A DNA stretch of 64,000 bases from Lingula anatina (lineage: Eukaryota; Animalia; Brachiopoda). Under the pieces are notes generated by a model. That model was given only the letters and a program-made list of their open reading frames with translations, made no database searches and was not told the origin of the DNA. This document shows positions 27,836 through 39,300 of this stretch, piece after piece (position 1 is the first letter of the stretch; each line of letters begins with the position of its first letter). Position numbers and translations under genes: made by a program. Location of the stretch: assembly GCA_051362555.1 (NCBI GenBank), contig CM120640.1, positions 10,912,001 to 10,976,000 on the forward strand. Direction: 5' to 3'.

Positions 27836-29171
27836 TTCTATTAGTGAACTTATCGATAGAAATCATCATTTACTACATATTGATTTGCCTTTTCATTTGT
27901 CACTGGTTTTAATGGTCTTGTGCTAATATCCCCCTCCCCAGGTGAATGAGAGAGGTGGAGACGGAGTTGAACTTGTAGAAAATCAATTGAGATCCTGGTT
28001 ATACCCGCATATTTTCAAATTCCCAAGGCAACGTTTCGTATCTTTTTGCAAATAAGGGATGATATCTTTACACTGCCCCACCTCTCCAAAAATAAAAACT
28101 TATTTTAGTGTTTTAGTGGAATGAATTACCTTATTAGCCATCTCTTCCCCCCTCCACCACCCCAACAATTAAAGAAATATGCCTGGATTTTTTAATGAAC
28201 ACAGTGCCCCGGTAGCTCTTTTGAGTTGCAAATCTTTCTAGCTTTATATTTTTCAGAAAAAATTGTATGAGGGATATTAATTGAGGAAGAATTTCCTAAC
28301 AGTATTCTAATTCCCCTACAAACACGTCTCGACTTAATCAAGATCACGTTTGACGTCATGGTGTGCTTGATATTCCACCTCCGCACAAATCATGATCACT
28401 GATACTCAGCGAAAAAAAATCTAAAAATTATCTTCATGTTTTCTTTTTTCTTTTTCTTTTAATCTCCAGCTTGATCACACGGATCTCCAGATATCTGCAA
28501 CATAACAGCTCTATAATCTGTTTGATTTGCTTGATCATTATAACACTTAATTAGTCGGGTTAAGTGGCTAATATGCGACGAGGTGCTTTAATTCTATTTG
28601 TTTTAGCCTTTAACACTAGGTAAACGGTATCTTCTCGAGTTGTAGTCGAAAATCTGTATGAATATGTAGGTCATATAGCGTAGGTGTGACAGAATTGAAC
28701 TATTCACGCGAGGTATGTATGTATGTATTCATTTATGTGCGTGTATACCAGTATATATAAATGCATATTTAACCTTTCTATTTATTTTTGCGGCCGAATC
28801 TTTTTTTTTTTTCTTTTGGGATAGATGTAGGCCAACTGTGCTATATTATAAATTATCGATTTGTGTCTTTGTCCATTGTTTCTATGTCTATACTTCTATA
28901 GCAACCGGGTCCATTTCTAATTACGGAATGACATGGTGTTAAGACTCTGGAGAGTTGCGATAATTGACCATCAAAGATAAACCCCATCGGGTACCGAATT
29001 GCTCTTCCGTCACTTAACATTAAGCATCCGCCCTATTAAGTCATCAAATAACACACCTTTTGGCACTTTTTTTTTTGGACATTGGCGCAAAAGATACTTC
29101 TTGTACACTATTCATTAATTGTTTTATGACCCCCTTCACAGTGCGTGTTACATATTAAGTATTTATTGCAG

Positions 29172-29651
29172 ATGTCAAACTTCAGTCAACACTTCATCCT
29201 ATCTGAATTCGATAGACATAATTGTCTTCCTAACGTAATACCTCCAAAGTTCAGGAGTTTTGATCCACAGCATCACGCCCCACAGCCAGTTAAGTATGAG
29301 TTGCCCTCACAAAGGAGAACTGGATGTGGCTTTTCACAAGTTTTAAAAACTTTGAGTGACGAAAAAGATGATACTAGGGATGTTCTTCCTAGAATCGTAA
29401 AAAACTCCATTTGGATTTCATATTACGAGGTTGAGAAAACTAGAACACTTGCATCTTGGAGATCATCTTATGATTTACATACATGCACAGTCAAGTCAAA
29501 TGAAAACTGTCGTAGTCCAGCGTCCTTCCGTCCAAAAGAAACTGAATCCCTAGAGATGCAGAGATCAAAACAGGCTAAAAGAAAAATAAGGACCACCAAT
29601 ACAAGCTCAGGACATCAAGTTTCTTTGCCTAAAATACGAACTGTTAGGTAA
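29172..29651 (+). CDS. Uncharacterised ~159-aa protein (MSNFSQHFILSEFDRHNCLPNVIPPKFRSFDP...)
   Basis: Acceptor TTTATTGCAG sits immediately before the ATG at 29172. Open for 480 bp with protein-like composition. No family recognised. Confidence 0.65.
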   Translation: MSNFSQHFILSEFDRHNCLPNVIPPKFRSFDPQHHAPQPVKYELPSQRRTGCGFSQVLKTLSDEKDDTRDVLPRIVKNSIWISYYEVEKTRTLASWRSSYDLHTCTVKSNENCRSPASFRPKETESLEMQRSKQAKRKIRTTNTSSGHQVSLPKIRTVR

Positions 29652-29902
29652 ATATGAAATGTAAACTTTACGGAAGTGTATTATCCTTAGTCTTTTCAAC
29701 AAATGCATCTGTCTTGTTGGTGATAGTGCAACGTCAGGTATAATACGCCAAAACGCACTACGTGTACATACTACAGTATGTATGATTTGTGACGTCACCT
29801 ACCCTATCGTTTGCGACGTCCTGTACCGTTGCCAAGATATTGTTGTTAGCATTTAAAAACAATCGAAAATTACAGATATTTTTATATTAGATCACCAGCT
29901 AA

Positions 29903-31142
29903 ATGCGTCAAAAAAAGGGGTAAGTATCTTAATACTCAAATTAAAATTTAAAGCAAAATATGTGATAAGAATTGATTCACCTCTGCTACTGCTGTTTGCA
30001 ACTCATGTAACTTTTTTCACATGTTGTGTAACAGCACCATTTACATTTAAGTAAAAATCAGATAACATTGTCATGAACATATTGTGGAACAGTCCAGTTC
30101 AAACAAATACTCATATTCAATGTATACAGCACTTTAGAAAGCTTTTCATACACGTACATGTACATCTTAAATGTAGACCTTCATTCATTTTCTATTTATA
30201 GTTCAAATCAGACAACTTATTACACAACAGGCCCGTAGCCAGCAATTTCAAAAGGGGAGTTCTTTTTTTTTTTTTTTTTTTGAAAAAGTGGATCTTTTCC
30301 CATAAAAACTTAATGTACTTAGATCAAATTTTACCCAGAGTGGATCTTTTCCCAGCAAAAGGGTCAGTTGTTTCGAACCCCCCGACCCCCCCCCCCCGAA
30401 TTACTGTATATTACATTCATAGTTATATTTAGATAAATCATCATACATTAAGATATTCATTTATATTCAATTTATAGTTCATTTCAATCAAATGATTACC
30501 CGTGTAGTGTAAGATCATCATTTATATTAGAATTATACTTCAATTCAGATAAATATCATACACGTACATGTTTTGTAATATCACCATGTATATTCAATTT
30601 GTAGTTCCCACGACGCAGTTCGTAAAACAGGAGTGGGGCCACAGCTGGTGATCAGTCTTCCCCAGCTAGAGGCAAAAAAGACATCAAAAGAAACATTATC
30701 CAAGTTTTCTCTCAGCAAACACCAGGCTTTAGTGAAATTTTCCAAACCCCCAGAGCCTCATCCTAATACCGTGTGCTTCGAGTGCCCGGGGACAGACTTG
30801 ACCCACGCAGTGGTAAAGGCAGTCATTGATGACAAAATACTTTTCACAAGTAGCGGTAAGGTTGTCTCCATTCAGTTCCAGCCGATGAATGTTCTATATG
30901 CAACCAACGGCTTGGACAACAGGTGGATTGTCACTTTGAACAACGCAGAGGCTGCGGGGTATTTAGTTTCTTACGGACTCGTTATCGGTGATGAGTATAG
31001 ATTTGTCCACTTTTATGACGACGTTTTGCGAGACGAGTATGAAAAGTATTTAAGGTTCAAACAGATAACTAACGGAGAGGTCCCTTCTTCATACTCTTTG
31101 AAAGTTGGAAAAACGTCCGTTTTCTTCTCTTCGACACAATGA
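29903..31142 (+). CDS. C19orf81: C19orf81/DUF4732-like protein (2 coding exons)
   Basis: Exon 29903-29919 (MRQKKG, donor GG|GTAAGT) splices in phase to 30605-31142. KFSKPP...DLTHAVV...SGKVVSIQFQPMNVLYATNGLDNRWIV...YDDVLRDEY closely parallels recalled human C19orf81 (KFPTPP...DFTHLEV...[27 protein letters not shown]...HDDLLLGDY). AATAAA near 31327. Confidence 0.8.
30228..30398 (+). mobile_element. MITE copy 1 (right end lost), in the C19orf81-like intron
   Basis: Begins CAGGCCCGTAGCC. Internal sequence (GAAAAAGTGGA...ATCAAATTTTACCCA...GAACCCCC) is shared with 31752-31938. Confidence 0.7.
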
Positions 31143-31751
31143 AAATAATGCAATGGCATTGAACATGGATTCAAGTGTAGTTAATACTAGTGTGTTTTTC
31201 TCTCTTTTGAATACCTCTTTCTTATTTCAGTTTTTTTTCTAGACTACCTCTACCATAACGTATATATGAAGTAAGGTACATGTGCTTGTATGTTTTCCTC
31301 TCTGAATGCTGTGGCAGTTCGTTTGTAATAAACGTCTTAAATCTAATGCTCTTGGTGTTCTTAGTTGGTACACCTAACGCATTACGTGAAAAAGCAATGA
31401 GCAGGCCTACTTGCCTGGAAGTGTGATGTGATCGCGGCGATATATATATACGCTTTATTCAGTGTTAATGGTGTATTTTGATGAAATGCAAGTACTCTCT
31501 GTCGACATGTATGTCAAATAAAACATGTAGGCCTACACTACTACCCTCTCGCGATATGTCTTGAATACTTCTCGCTGACGCTCATGATGTTCTGGCATAT
31601 ACCGCTCGAGTGATAGTGTATTATCTTACACATAGCCGTTGATTTTAGTCGCTTGATCTTTAAGTCTATCATTGTGACACCCTTTTATTATTTATTTGGG
31701 GGGGGGGGGGGGGGGAGGACAAAGGTCATCAGTCAAATTTTATCTACGGAT

Positions 31752-31938
31752 GCATAGTCAGCAAATTCATAAGGGAGGTTCTTTTTCTGAAAAAGTGGAC
31801 GTTTTACTATGAAATTTATGTGTAGGCTACCTATATCAAATTTTACCCAAAATGGACCTTTTCCTGACAAAAGGGGCGGTTCTTTTGAACCCCCCCCCCC
31901 CGAACCCCCCCCCCCCCCCCCCCCCGGCCACGGGCCTG
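31752..31938 (+). mobile_element. MITE copy 2 (left end decayed)
   Basis: Ends GGCCACGGGCCTG, which is complementary to the left end of copy 1. Same internal blocks as copy 1. Confidence 0.7.
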
Positions 31939-32687
31939 GCTATGGAAAGACAAATTAACAAGCCATACACGCACACAAAAAATGGAACTGTTCGTTTAAA
32001 ATGATTGAATTAATTACAATATGTATTTGGATTGTAATCTTGTCAGTTACAGATCCTTCCACAGTTTTCTTCTCCTCCGTAACGAATTCCATACTTCTTG
32101 TCGTTGCTACTTCTATTTCAAACAATTTAGGCCAAGTAATGAAATATAAAATCGCGATGACTTGTAATATTTTTCATATCAGTGGTGTGGGGAAAAGACG
32201 GAAAAGTTACTGTGGGCTCCTGTTGAGTTTCATCTTATATTTACTACCAGAACGAGATTCAAAAAGTGAATATCATATTAAAATCTCCTTCCTTTGATGG
32301 GAAGTTAAAATTAAATTCCCCGTTTACAATACCGTGGAATAAACAGTGAATTTTGAAGCAATGATTGAAAAGCTGTAAAACTAAAGAGAAGTTGTTATTA
32401 CGCAAACGTTTTTATTGCTCGTTTTTAAATATATTTCATTAGTGCTAATCAATCGAATATGCTCAATATAAAATTAAAAAATATGAAAAATTAGTCCAAA
32501 TGATTTTTTTTAATTGCAAAAAAAATATACGTGTAAAAACTTTCAATGTACGCATAGTGATATCTTGGTCAATGCATTACAAGAATGTTGATGCTTAACA
32601 TCATGTAAAAACCATCACTTAATTTGTACGTTCTAGTACGTGGTATGAACATTTAGAATTACATGTACAGTGTGTAAAGTCAAACTT

Positions 32688-33266
32688 TTAACTTTGCTGT
32701 GTCTCTACTTGTTCCAACTCTGTCGGAGGGTTTCGAAGCCAAGGGTGACATCGACGCTTATGTCGTGGGCTACTGACGGTGAAAGACGGCTTGCACAACC
32801 GAGAAAGTAAAGAATTTAACTGTTCATCCGAAAGCACTTTCTTTTGACACCCCTCTTTATTCTCATCTCCATCTTCACTTTGTGGGGCAGATGCAGAGGG
32901 ATCGACTTTCTCACGCTTTTTCCGCAGTGTAGAGGTGGTAGGAGTCCCGGCCAATCGCTCTACAATATCTTTACATTGTTTTTCTGTCACAATACGATAT
33001 GCTGGGATGTCGTAAAAATCATCCCTCCTCCGATAAAGTCCACAGAGTTTCTTGCTTATTTGTCTCTTGGAATATTTTTCCTCCCAAGATTTCGCCTCAC
33101 TTTCTGTGGTGTGTTGGTGCTGCATACGCTCCGCCACCTCCTCTGGGCTATGTTTAGGATGAATTTTTATTAAGTATATATCATCCTCTGTTTCTATCAC
33201 GGGAGGATCTCTGTACTTCACATCCGAGACAACGTGGCGAGTTTTGCTAGGTTGATACGTGTACAT
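32688..33266 (-). CDS. Uncharacterised 192-aa protein with three EE-x-h-ERL-x-P/T-x-T-S-like repeats
   Basis: ATG-initiated 579-bp ORF with charged, protein-like composition. Acceptor TTGATTTATTTAG 80 nt upstream; AATAAA on the minus strand near 32411-32416. Confidence 0.75.
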   Translation of the reverse strand: MYTYQPSKTRHVVSDVKYRDPPVIETEDDIYLIKIHPKHSPEEVAERMQHQHTTESEAKSWEEKYSKRQISKKLCGLYRRRDDFYDIPAYRIVTEKQCKDIVERLAGTPTTSTLRKKREKVDPSASAPQSEDGDENKEGCQKKVLSDEQLNSLLSRLCKPSFTVSSPRHKRRCHPWLRNPPTELEQVETQQS

Positions 33267-33432
33267 ATCGACGTATATATTCAGTTGACTTGGCTTTGAT
33301 AACTGTGATACACGCTACGCTTTGCTATCGTTATACGAACATAGTCTAAATAAATCAATGCGGTTAATCTTGGTTCGAGACGTAAAATAAATATCAAAAG
33401 CATTTATCAAACTCTACAGCAGTGAAACTGTG

Positions 33433-33777
33433 CTACCAATTAAACCCATGATGTAAGCGTCCGTTGGAGTTCCACTGGTAACTATGCGTTAGTCCTTTCT
33501 TGTCTAGCACCTCTTTTGGGGTCAGTCTCTTGGACTCTGGAACATTCTTTGGTGCGGCAAGACGGTTTGTAAACTCTAGCTGACTTCTAAAGCCTGCTTT
33601 ATGGACTCCAGTGTACGTGAGTTGGAACCCTCCCAGCGTGTCAGTCGTACTTCTTGCACCTCGCGGTTCGCTTGGTTGGCAGTTTAGCACCTGTTCCTGC
33701 TCCTGGGGACCTTTTCCCGTTTTCTTTTGATTGCCTTCTGCCAATTGAACCCGCTTTCCACCATGGGCTTTAGGCAT
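33433..33777 (-). CDS. Uncharacterised ~114-aa protein (MPKAHGGKRVQL...NRLAAPK...HSYQWNSNGRLHHGFNW)
   Basis: First real ATG is at 33777 with A at -3; the track's GTG start at 33798 coincides with a splice donor. The segment is more GC-rich than its flanks, as coding sequence is elsewhere in the window. Confidence 0.6.
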   Translation of the reverse strand: MPKAHGGKRVQLAEGNQKKTGKGPQEQEQVLNCQPSEPRGARSTTDTLGGFQLTYTGVHKAGFRSQLEFTNRLAAPKNVPESKRLTPKEVLDKKGLTHSYQWNSNGRLHHGFNW

Positions 33778-35640
33778 AATACTGCGATAAGATCTCACCG
33801 GTTCTTTCTTTCAGTTGTATACAATTTGGTGTCCAAGGCTGCTAATAGGCCTCATAGATTGTGCAATTTGTCGCTATGTGGAACTCTTAGTTGGCGACCT
33901 TTGTTGCTGAGCACAGGCAAAGATCGATTATACCGCCGTATAAAAGCCCCAGTGACTCGTTATCGATAATTTATTTAGGTTGTTTTCTTTACTCATTCTT
34001 ACAGGTGCTACACATTTGTCCTGCTTTATCAAGCGTGTTATCGCAAGGAAATTAAGAAAAAGAATTGGTCTGTAAATTTGAGCATGGCAATGTTTACTGT
34101 TTTATTATTTTTTTTATCCCGGGGGTTTATTATTGAAAAGTTAGTGCTCAACAATCCAAATAACACAGATACACGGCATATAGGCCCTAACACAATAACT
34201 CGGGGGAAATTTTAGTTTTGTTGTTTAATACATATTATTCATATTATTTGTGAAAAATACCATGTCACATGCATATTTACATTTTGGTAGAGTGCAAGAA
34301 GGCTACCACAGAACAGCCTTTGAACTTCAACCTGTAGAGGTAAACATAGAAGATTTAACATAAAATGTTTGAGCCCAGACGGTCGAATCACAAAAAAATA
34401 TCTAAGTCACTGCCTCCCTCCAGCACTGCCTTATCAAAGACTGTCTTAGTGCATGTCAACTTGGACAAACAAAACGCCAGTCATCTCATCTCAGTCATGT
34501 TCCACAATGAAAAACTAAAAATCAAAAACAAGTAATCCTACATGGTATCCGTTGATACCAAGTAGGTCTACTTGTTTTCATTTTTTAGTTTTTCATAATG
34601 GATCTATGTAATATGTCTTGTTGGTTTGATTTCTTACTGTTTATTTATTTATTTATTAAAGGCTCCGCCCTGTACATAAGTGTCCTAAGTGTCCCAATTT
34701 TAACATTGGAGTGTGTGGGTGGGTTAAACAAAAAACATGATCTTTTCTTTTCTAGTCAGCTTCAGGCCCAACACTGGTAAACAAGGACAACAACATTATT
34801 ATAGCTGTTGATTGAAGTATTTTTTTTCGATTTTTTTATTCATGCGCGTATCGCCGCATGCACATAACACACCATGTGAGATTCCTCTGTAATAAGACTG
34901 CATGTGTTCTTTACAGAAGAAAGTTCATATTTTGGCATTCTACAAAGTGAACTGCCTTGAAAGCCTGCAATTTTATAAAACCAAGTTCCTTCTCTTTTTT
35001 TTTTCTAACATAGGTTAACAACCAGTACAGTTGAACACATAGCTTAATAAAGGAGTTATAACAGAAGGAGATTACACGCGTGGGGGCGGAGCCCGTTTTA
35101 CGGCTCTCATTGGTCGGAATGAATAGAACCCGGAGAACAATGGGTGACTATCTCTGTTACGGTCTCGTTTGAATCTCGTTTTCCGGAAAAGGTGCCTTCA
35201 GAAGTTTCTTCGAGAGTACACAAAGAGAAAAGCATTCAAAAGTTCGTTAAAATGTTGTAACTCCTTGGCTTAATCAACCAGCACCTCAGGAATTTCCTAA
35301 TCCGTTTTCACAGCTGTCTGGTAATACCTAAAATTGATCGATATCAGGCATTTGATACCATTTAGGCCTACTGTAATAGGTTACGAATCTTCGCACCTTT
35401 CTGAACACAGCTGTACGCAGCAGTCCCTCAAGTAGACCTAATAGGGTTTTCACACCGATGCACCGCAACACTGTTTTGACCTGTAGGCCTACATAATGTG
35501 TAGCTTGTTAAATTACACTTTTAGCTTTCTTTTTTATTTTGAGAAAATTTGTGTAATAAAAAAAAACATGGTCTGATACTTGAGTGGCACATAGTAACTT
35601 ATGTATCAAACGGAACAGCACTATATGCGTACTTCAGCAG

Positions 35641-35712
35641 TCCGGTATGGTCTAGTGGTTAGGATTCCTGGTTTTCACCCAGGCGGCCCGGGTTCGATTC
35701 CCGGTACCGGAA
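35641..35712 (+). tRNA. tRNA-Glu (anticodon TTC)
   Basis: Full cloverleaf: acceptor stem TCCGGTA/TACCGGA, A-box TGGTCTAGTGG, anticodon arm CCTGG-TTTTCAC-CCAGG, T-loop GGTTCGATTCC. No intron. Confidence 0.96.
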
Positions 35713-35717
35713 CACTG

Positions 35718-35728
35718 TTTTTTTTTTT
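35718..35728 (+). terminator. Pol III oligo-T terminator of tRNA-Glu
   Basis: T-run starting 6 nt after the tRNA 3' end. Confidence 0.85.
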
Positions 35729-36347
35729 CATTTGAGTGTATATTTTATTTATTTACTTTTGGTTATATGATGTATGGCCTTTTCATTTACACGTGTATAT
35801 TTAACAACTATGTTTTTAGTATAATAATAAGAAGAATCAATATTATAAATTATCATTATTATCATTATTTAAAATAAAAAAGATGAAAGAATAAAAATAA
35901 CAGACTTTTATTCTGGAGTAAAGTAGGCCTACTATGATTAAAGCAGCGGTTTACTGCAAGGACGTGACACTTTTACATAAAAGCAACAAACAAAACGAAA
36001 TTACACCTTGGAGAAATTCAACGTAAAAAAGAGGTTTCACTTTTAAAAGAACAAGCACTGGACACTTATCTAGTCCATTACGGCACAATGTAAAACAAGT
36101 AATGCGTAAATCTATTTTAATAATACTTTTAGAACATTTAAATATTTAGAAATACTTTTAGAACAGAACAGAACGATATGAAAATAATATAACAGCTTAA
36201 TCTGTGATAATGTTACGACATTACTCATAATGCTTAGATCCAGAAAACATTAAAGTAGTTACTGGAACACGTAACTTCATCTAAACAAAAGGAGGAATAT
36301 AATGCATCCAGAGCAACAATATCGGATTAGTTGCTAAAATGTCATTT

Positions 36348-39300
36348 CTAGCCAACAAGCTGCACTTGCTCTGAAATGTGAGAAAGTATATTCTTTATAA
36401 AAACTCGCTAAAATCTAGTTAGTTTTTGAACAACCTAATAAATATTTCTGTCGTACATGTATTTTTTTCTTTAAACTAATGAAGGCTAAGACCCAATTAA
36501 TTCAATGGTCCTAGAAGAAAGTAAATCCTACACTAGCTAAATTATCATATTAACACTAAAGATTTTTTTACCTGATAACTCAAGCAATCTTATTCTCCTA
36601 AGCGCTTTCACAAGAAGAAGGAGCTCAGCACGTGGTCCAAGATTTTCCCTCCATTTCACGAGGATTTGGAAGATTTTTTCCCGCATGCCATCATACTCTC
36701 CTTCAATATTCTTCAACTGTTCGTCTGTCACTTTGAGCTGACGGGACAGTTTAACATAGTTTGCATGGACTTGGCTGTCCTGGCAGATTTTAATGAAGGC
36801 TTTGCGTAATATGTTATCTGAAATAAGAAGACAAAAATGCACAAATACTGAGGTACACACAGTTCATTTGGTTAATAATGCATTCAGGTAGACGTATTTT
36901 CAAACCATCACACATACATAATAATGCGTACCTTTTATGTCCTCGGCTCTTTTCTGCCTGTATTCATCATCATGTTCATACACAATATATGCAAGATCAG
37001 GGCGACCCGCCGATGTCAGCGCTTTTCCCAGCAGCTCTACCTATCGGCAAAAGTTGCAAAAACGAAAACAGTTGATACACGGTAGGATCAGGTTGGCACA
37101 TTTTCTTCATATAAGCTATCAATATTTTGAACAAAAGTTCACCCTCATATCACTCTCATCGCAAATACCTCGTTTCCTCCAGCCTATACATGTATGTTCT
37201 GAACATAAGATATCTTCAAAATACCACATACCTTGTCCATTGATCTTGGCACTTTCTTTGCCCAAGTAATCAGCATATCGTATATAGCCACTTCGTTGTC
37301 GCTGTTGACATTATTCCGCAGGATAGCCTGTACGCGACTTTTTCGAATATTCAAAATATGTGCAACCTTCTTCCATTCATCACCAAGATCAGTCGCAATA
37401 TTACGAAGAACACTTTCATCGACCGGACCTATAAAGGGAAATAATATATTTCTCCTCTCATAACAATCTTACATGCACTTCTCCATATTATATCTTATCG
37501 GAAAAAACTTGTTAAAGTCACTGATGGCGTAATAATAGTGAGAATAAAATGAGGTCATGCTATTTGACATACTTATTTGATGCCTTTACTCACCATCAGG
37601 AATAAATGTGACAGGTGCTTTTTGGACCAAAGGTTTAGGAGCTTCTGGCTCAGGCTGTATAAAGAGAACAGTTAAGTTCAACAGTATGCTGTCAAGAGAG
37701 AGCAAATTTAATCAAAGTGGCACTATGTTGATAAGTAAGTTATGAGAATAAACATGAAAAGTTATTTACATCCTACCAACTGAAAAAAAAATTGAAACGG
37801 AATTGAATGTACTGCAAAAAAAAAACTATGAAATGTGTTTTTATATGTCAAGGTCTGAAAAAATGTGTAAACACAGAGACGCGTGTATTACCATACCTTA
37901 CCTTAGGTAAACTGACCAGCAGTTCACAAAGTAGAATATCCCCCATCACCCACGTCACTTCCTCTTTTGGACCACTCTTTCCGCCAACTGCGTCTCTGTC
38001 TTCGTTCTCTTTCTTTATAATCTGTTTTATCATGCCTTTGGTGTACACTTGGACGAAGCCACGATAACAGTCTAGACTCTTCTGAGCAAATTTATCTATT
38101 TCCGTCACGTATATATTGACGCCGCTCTTTAACTGTGAGTTAAAGCAAAAATTGAGAATTTCCTCTTCGTCCTCGCATTGAATGTTTCCACGGAAACGCA
38201 AAAACAGTTCTTGTCCCTCGGTAAGTACTAGATCTTTACTCGCAGGTGGACCATCGTCAAAACCTTCTTCGGTCATCTTACGAAGAGCTTTGTCTATTTT
38301 GTTAGCGGCAAGACATTGAAGACTAACGTCGGACGGATCGTCAGATTTTTGACGCAGAACTGCTCTTACCGTTCGTTTCTGAAGGGCCGTTTCTATTAGA
38401 TTTGCAAGCTTTTGTGCTTTCATTCCACCAGCTCCATGCTTCAGCCTTAGTGCCATGAACCTGAAACAGATATATAATAAGTGATCCAACAAAGAATTTC
38501 ATCAGTTGAGGTTTGAACTCAAAATTACAATAGAAGCTTATTCAAAGAACAACCGAATTTGTTTTGGAAAAATATTAAAATTGTAACCGTGAATGGCCAA
38601 GAATGCTATAACACTTACTAAATGTTTTTGACAAGATTTTTCTCCCTGAAAGATTATGGTCTTTAGGAATCTCAATTTTAGAATCTACCCTATTCTTCTG
38701 CTGTAAATACCATACAGTTAGATGAATATGATGGAACGGAATCAACAAAAGCTTTAGTTTTGGCCCTTGTAGCGAATGACGCTGATGACTTTGGAAAAAA
38801 AAAGTCTTCTTTTTTCCCAATTTAGTACCTATCATATGGTTTCGTAATTTCAAATATGACTGCGTCTTTTTTCTTCGATTGACTTATGTCTATGTCCGCC
38901 ATTACAATCCACCCCTCGTCGCCTTCTGTTCTTGTCAGCAAGAACACAGTATCTTCTAAGTCATCATCTAAAATGATAAAAAAAAAAAGCCAAGGTGAAT
39001 GAAAACAAGATAAAAAAATAAAATCGTCTGACTTCAGTTGGCATTATGTACAATTCACACAAATACGTGCTCCAGCAAAAAATATATGTATAAGTTTATA
39101 TCGGTATATTACACAGACGTTGTCAGAGGCTCGCATCATGATCATAATGTCCAATAATATCCAAGATTGTTCGACTTACATAGAGTTCGCCACAGAACTT
39201 TGCACGTGCCTGTTTATACTCAGCTTTTTATGTTGGCACTGGCAGACTACAAGACCGTACAAATAAAGCATAACCTTGTAATAAACACTTCTATCCATTC

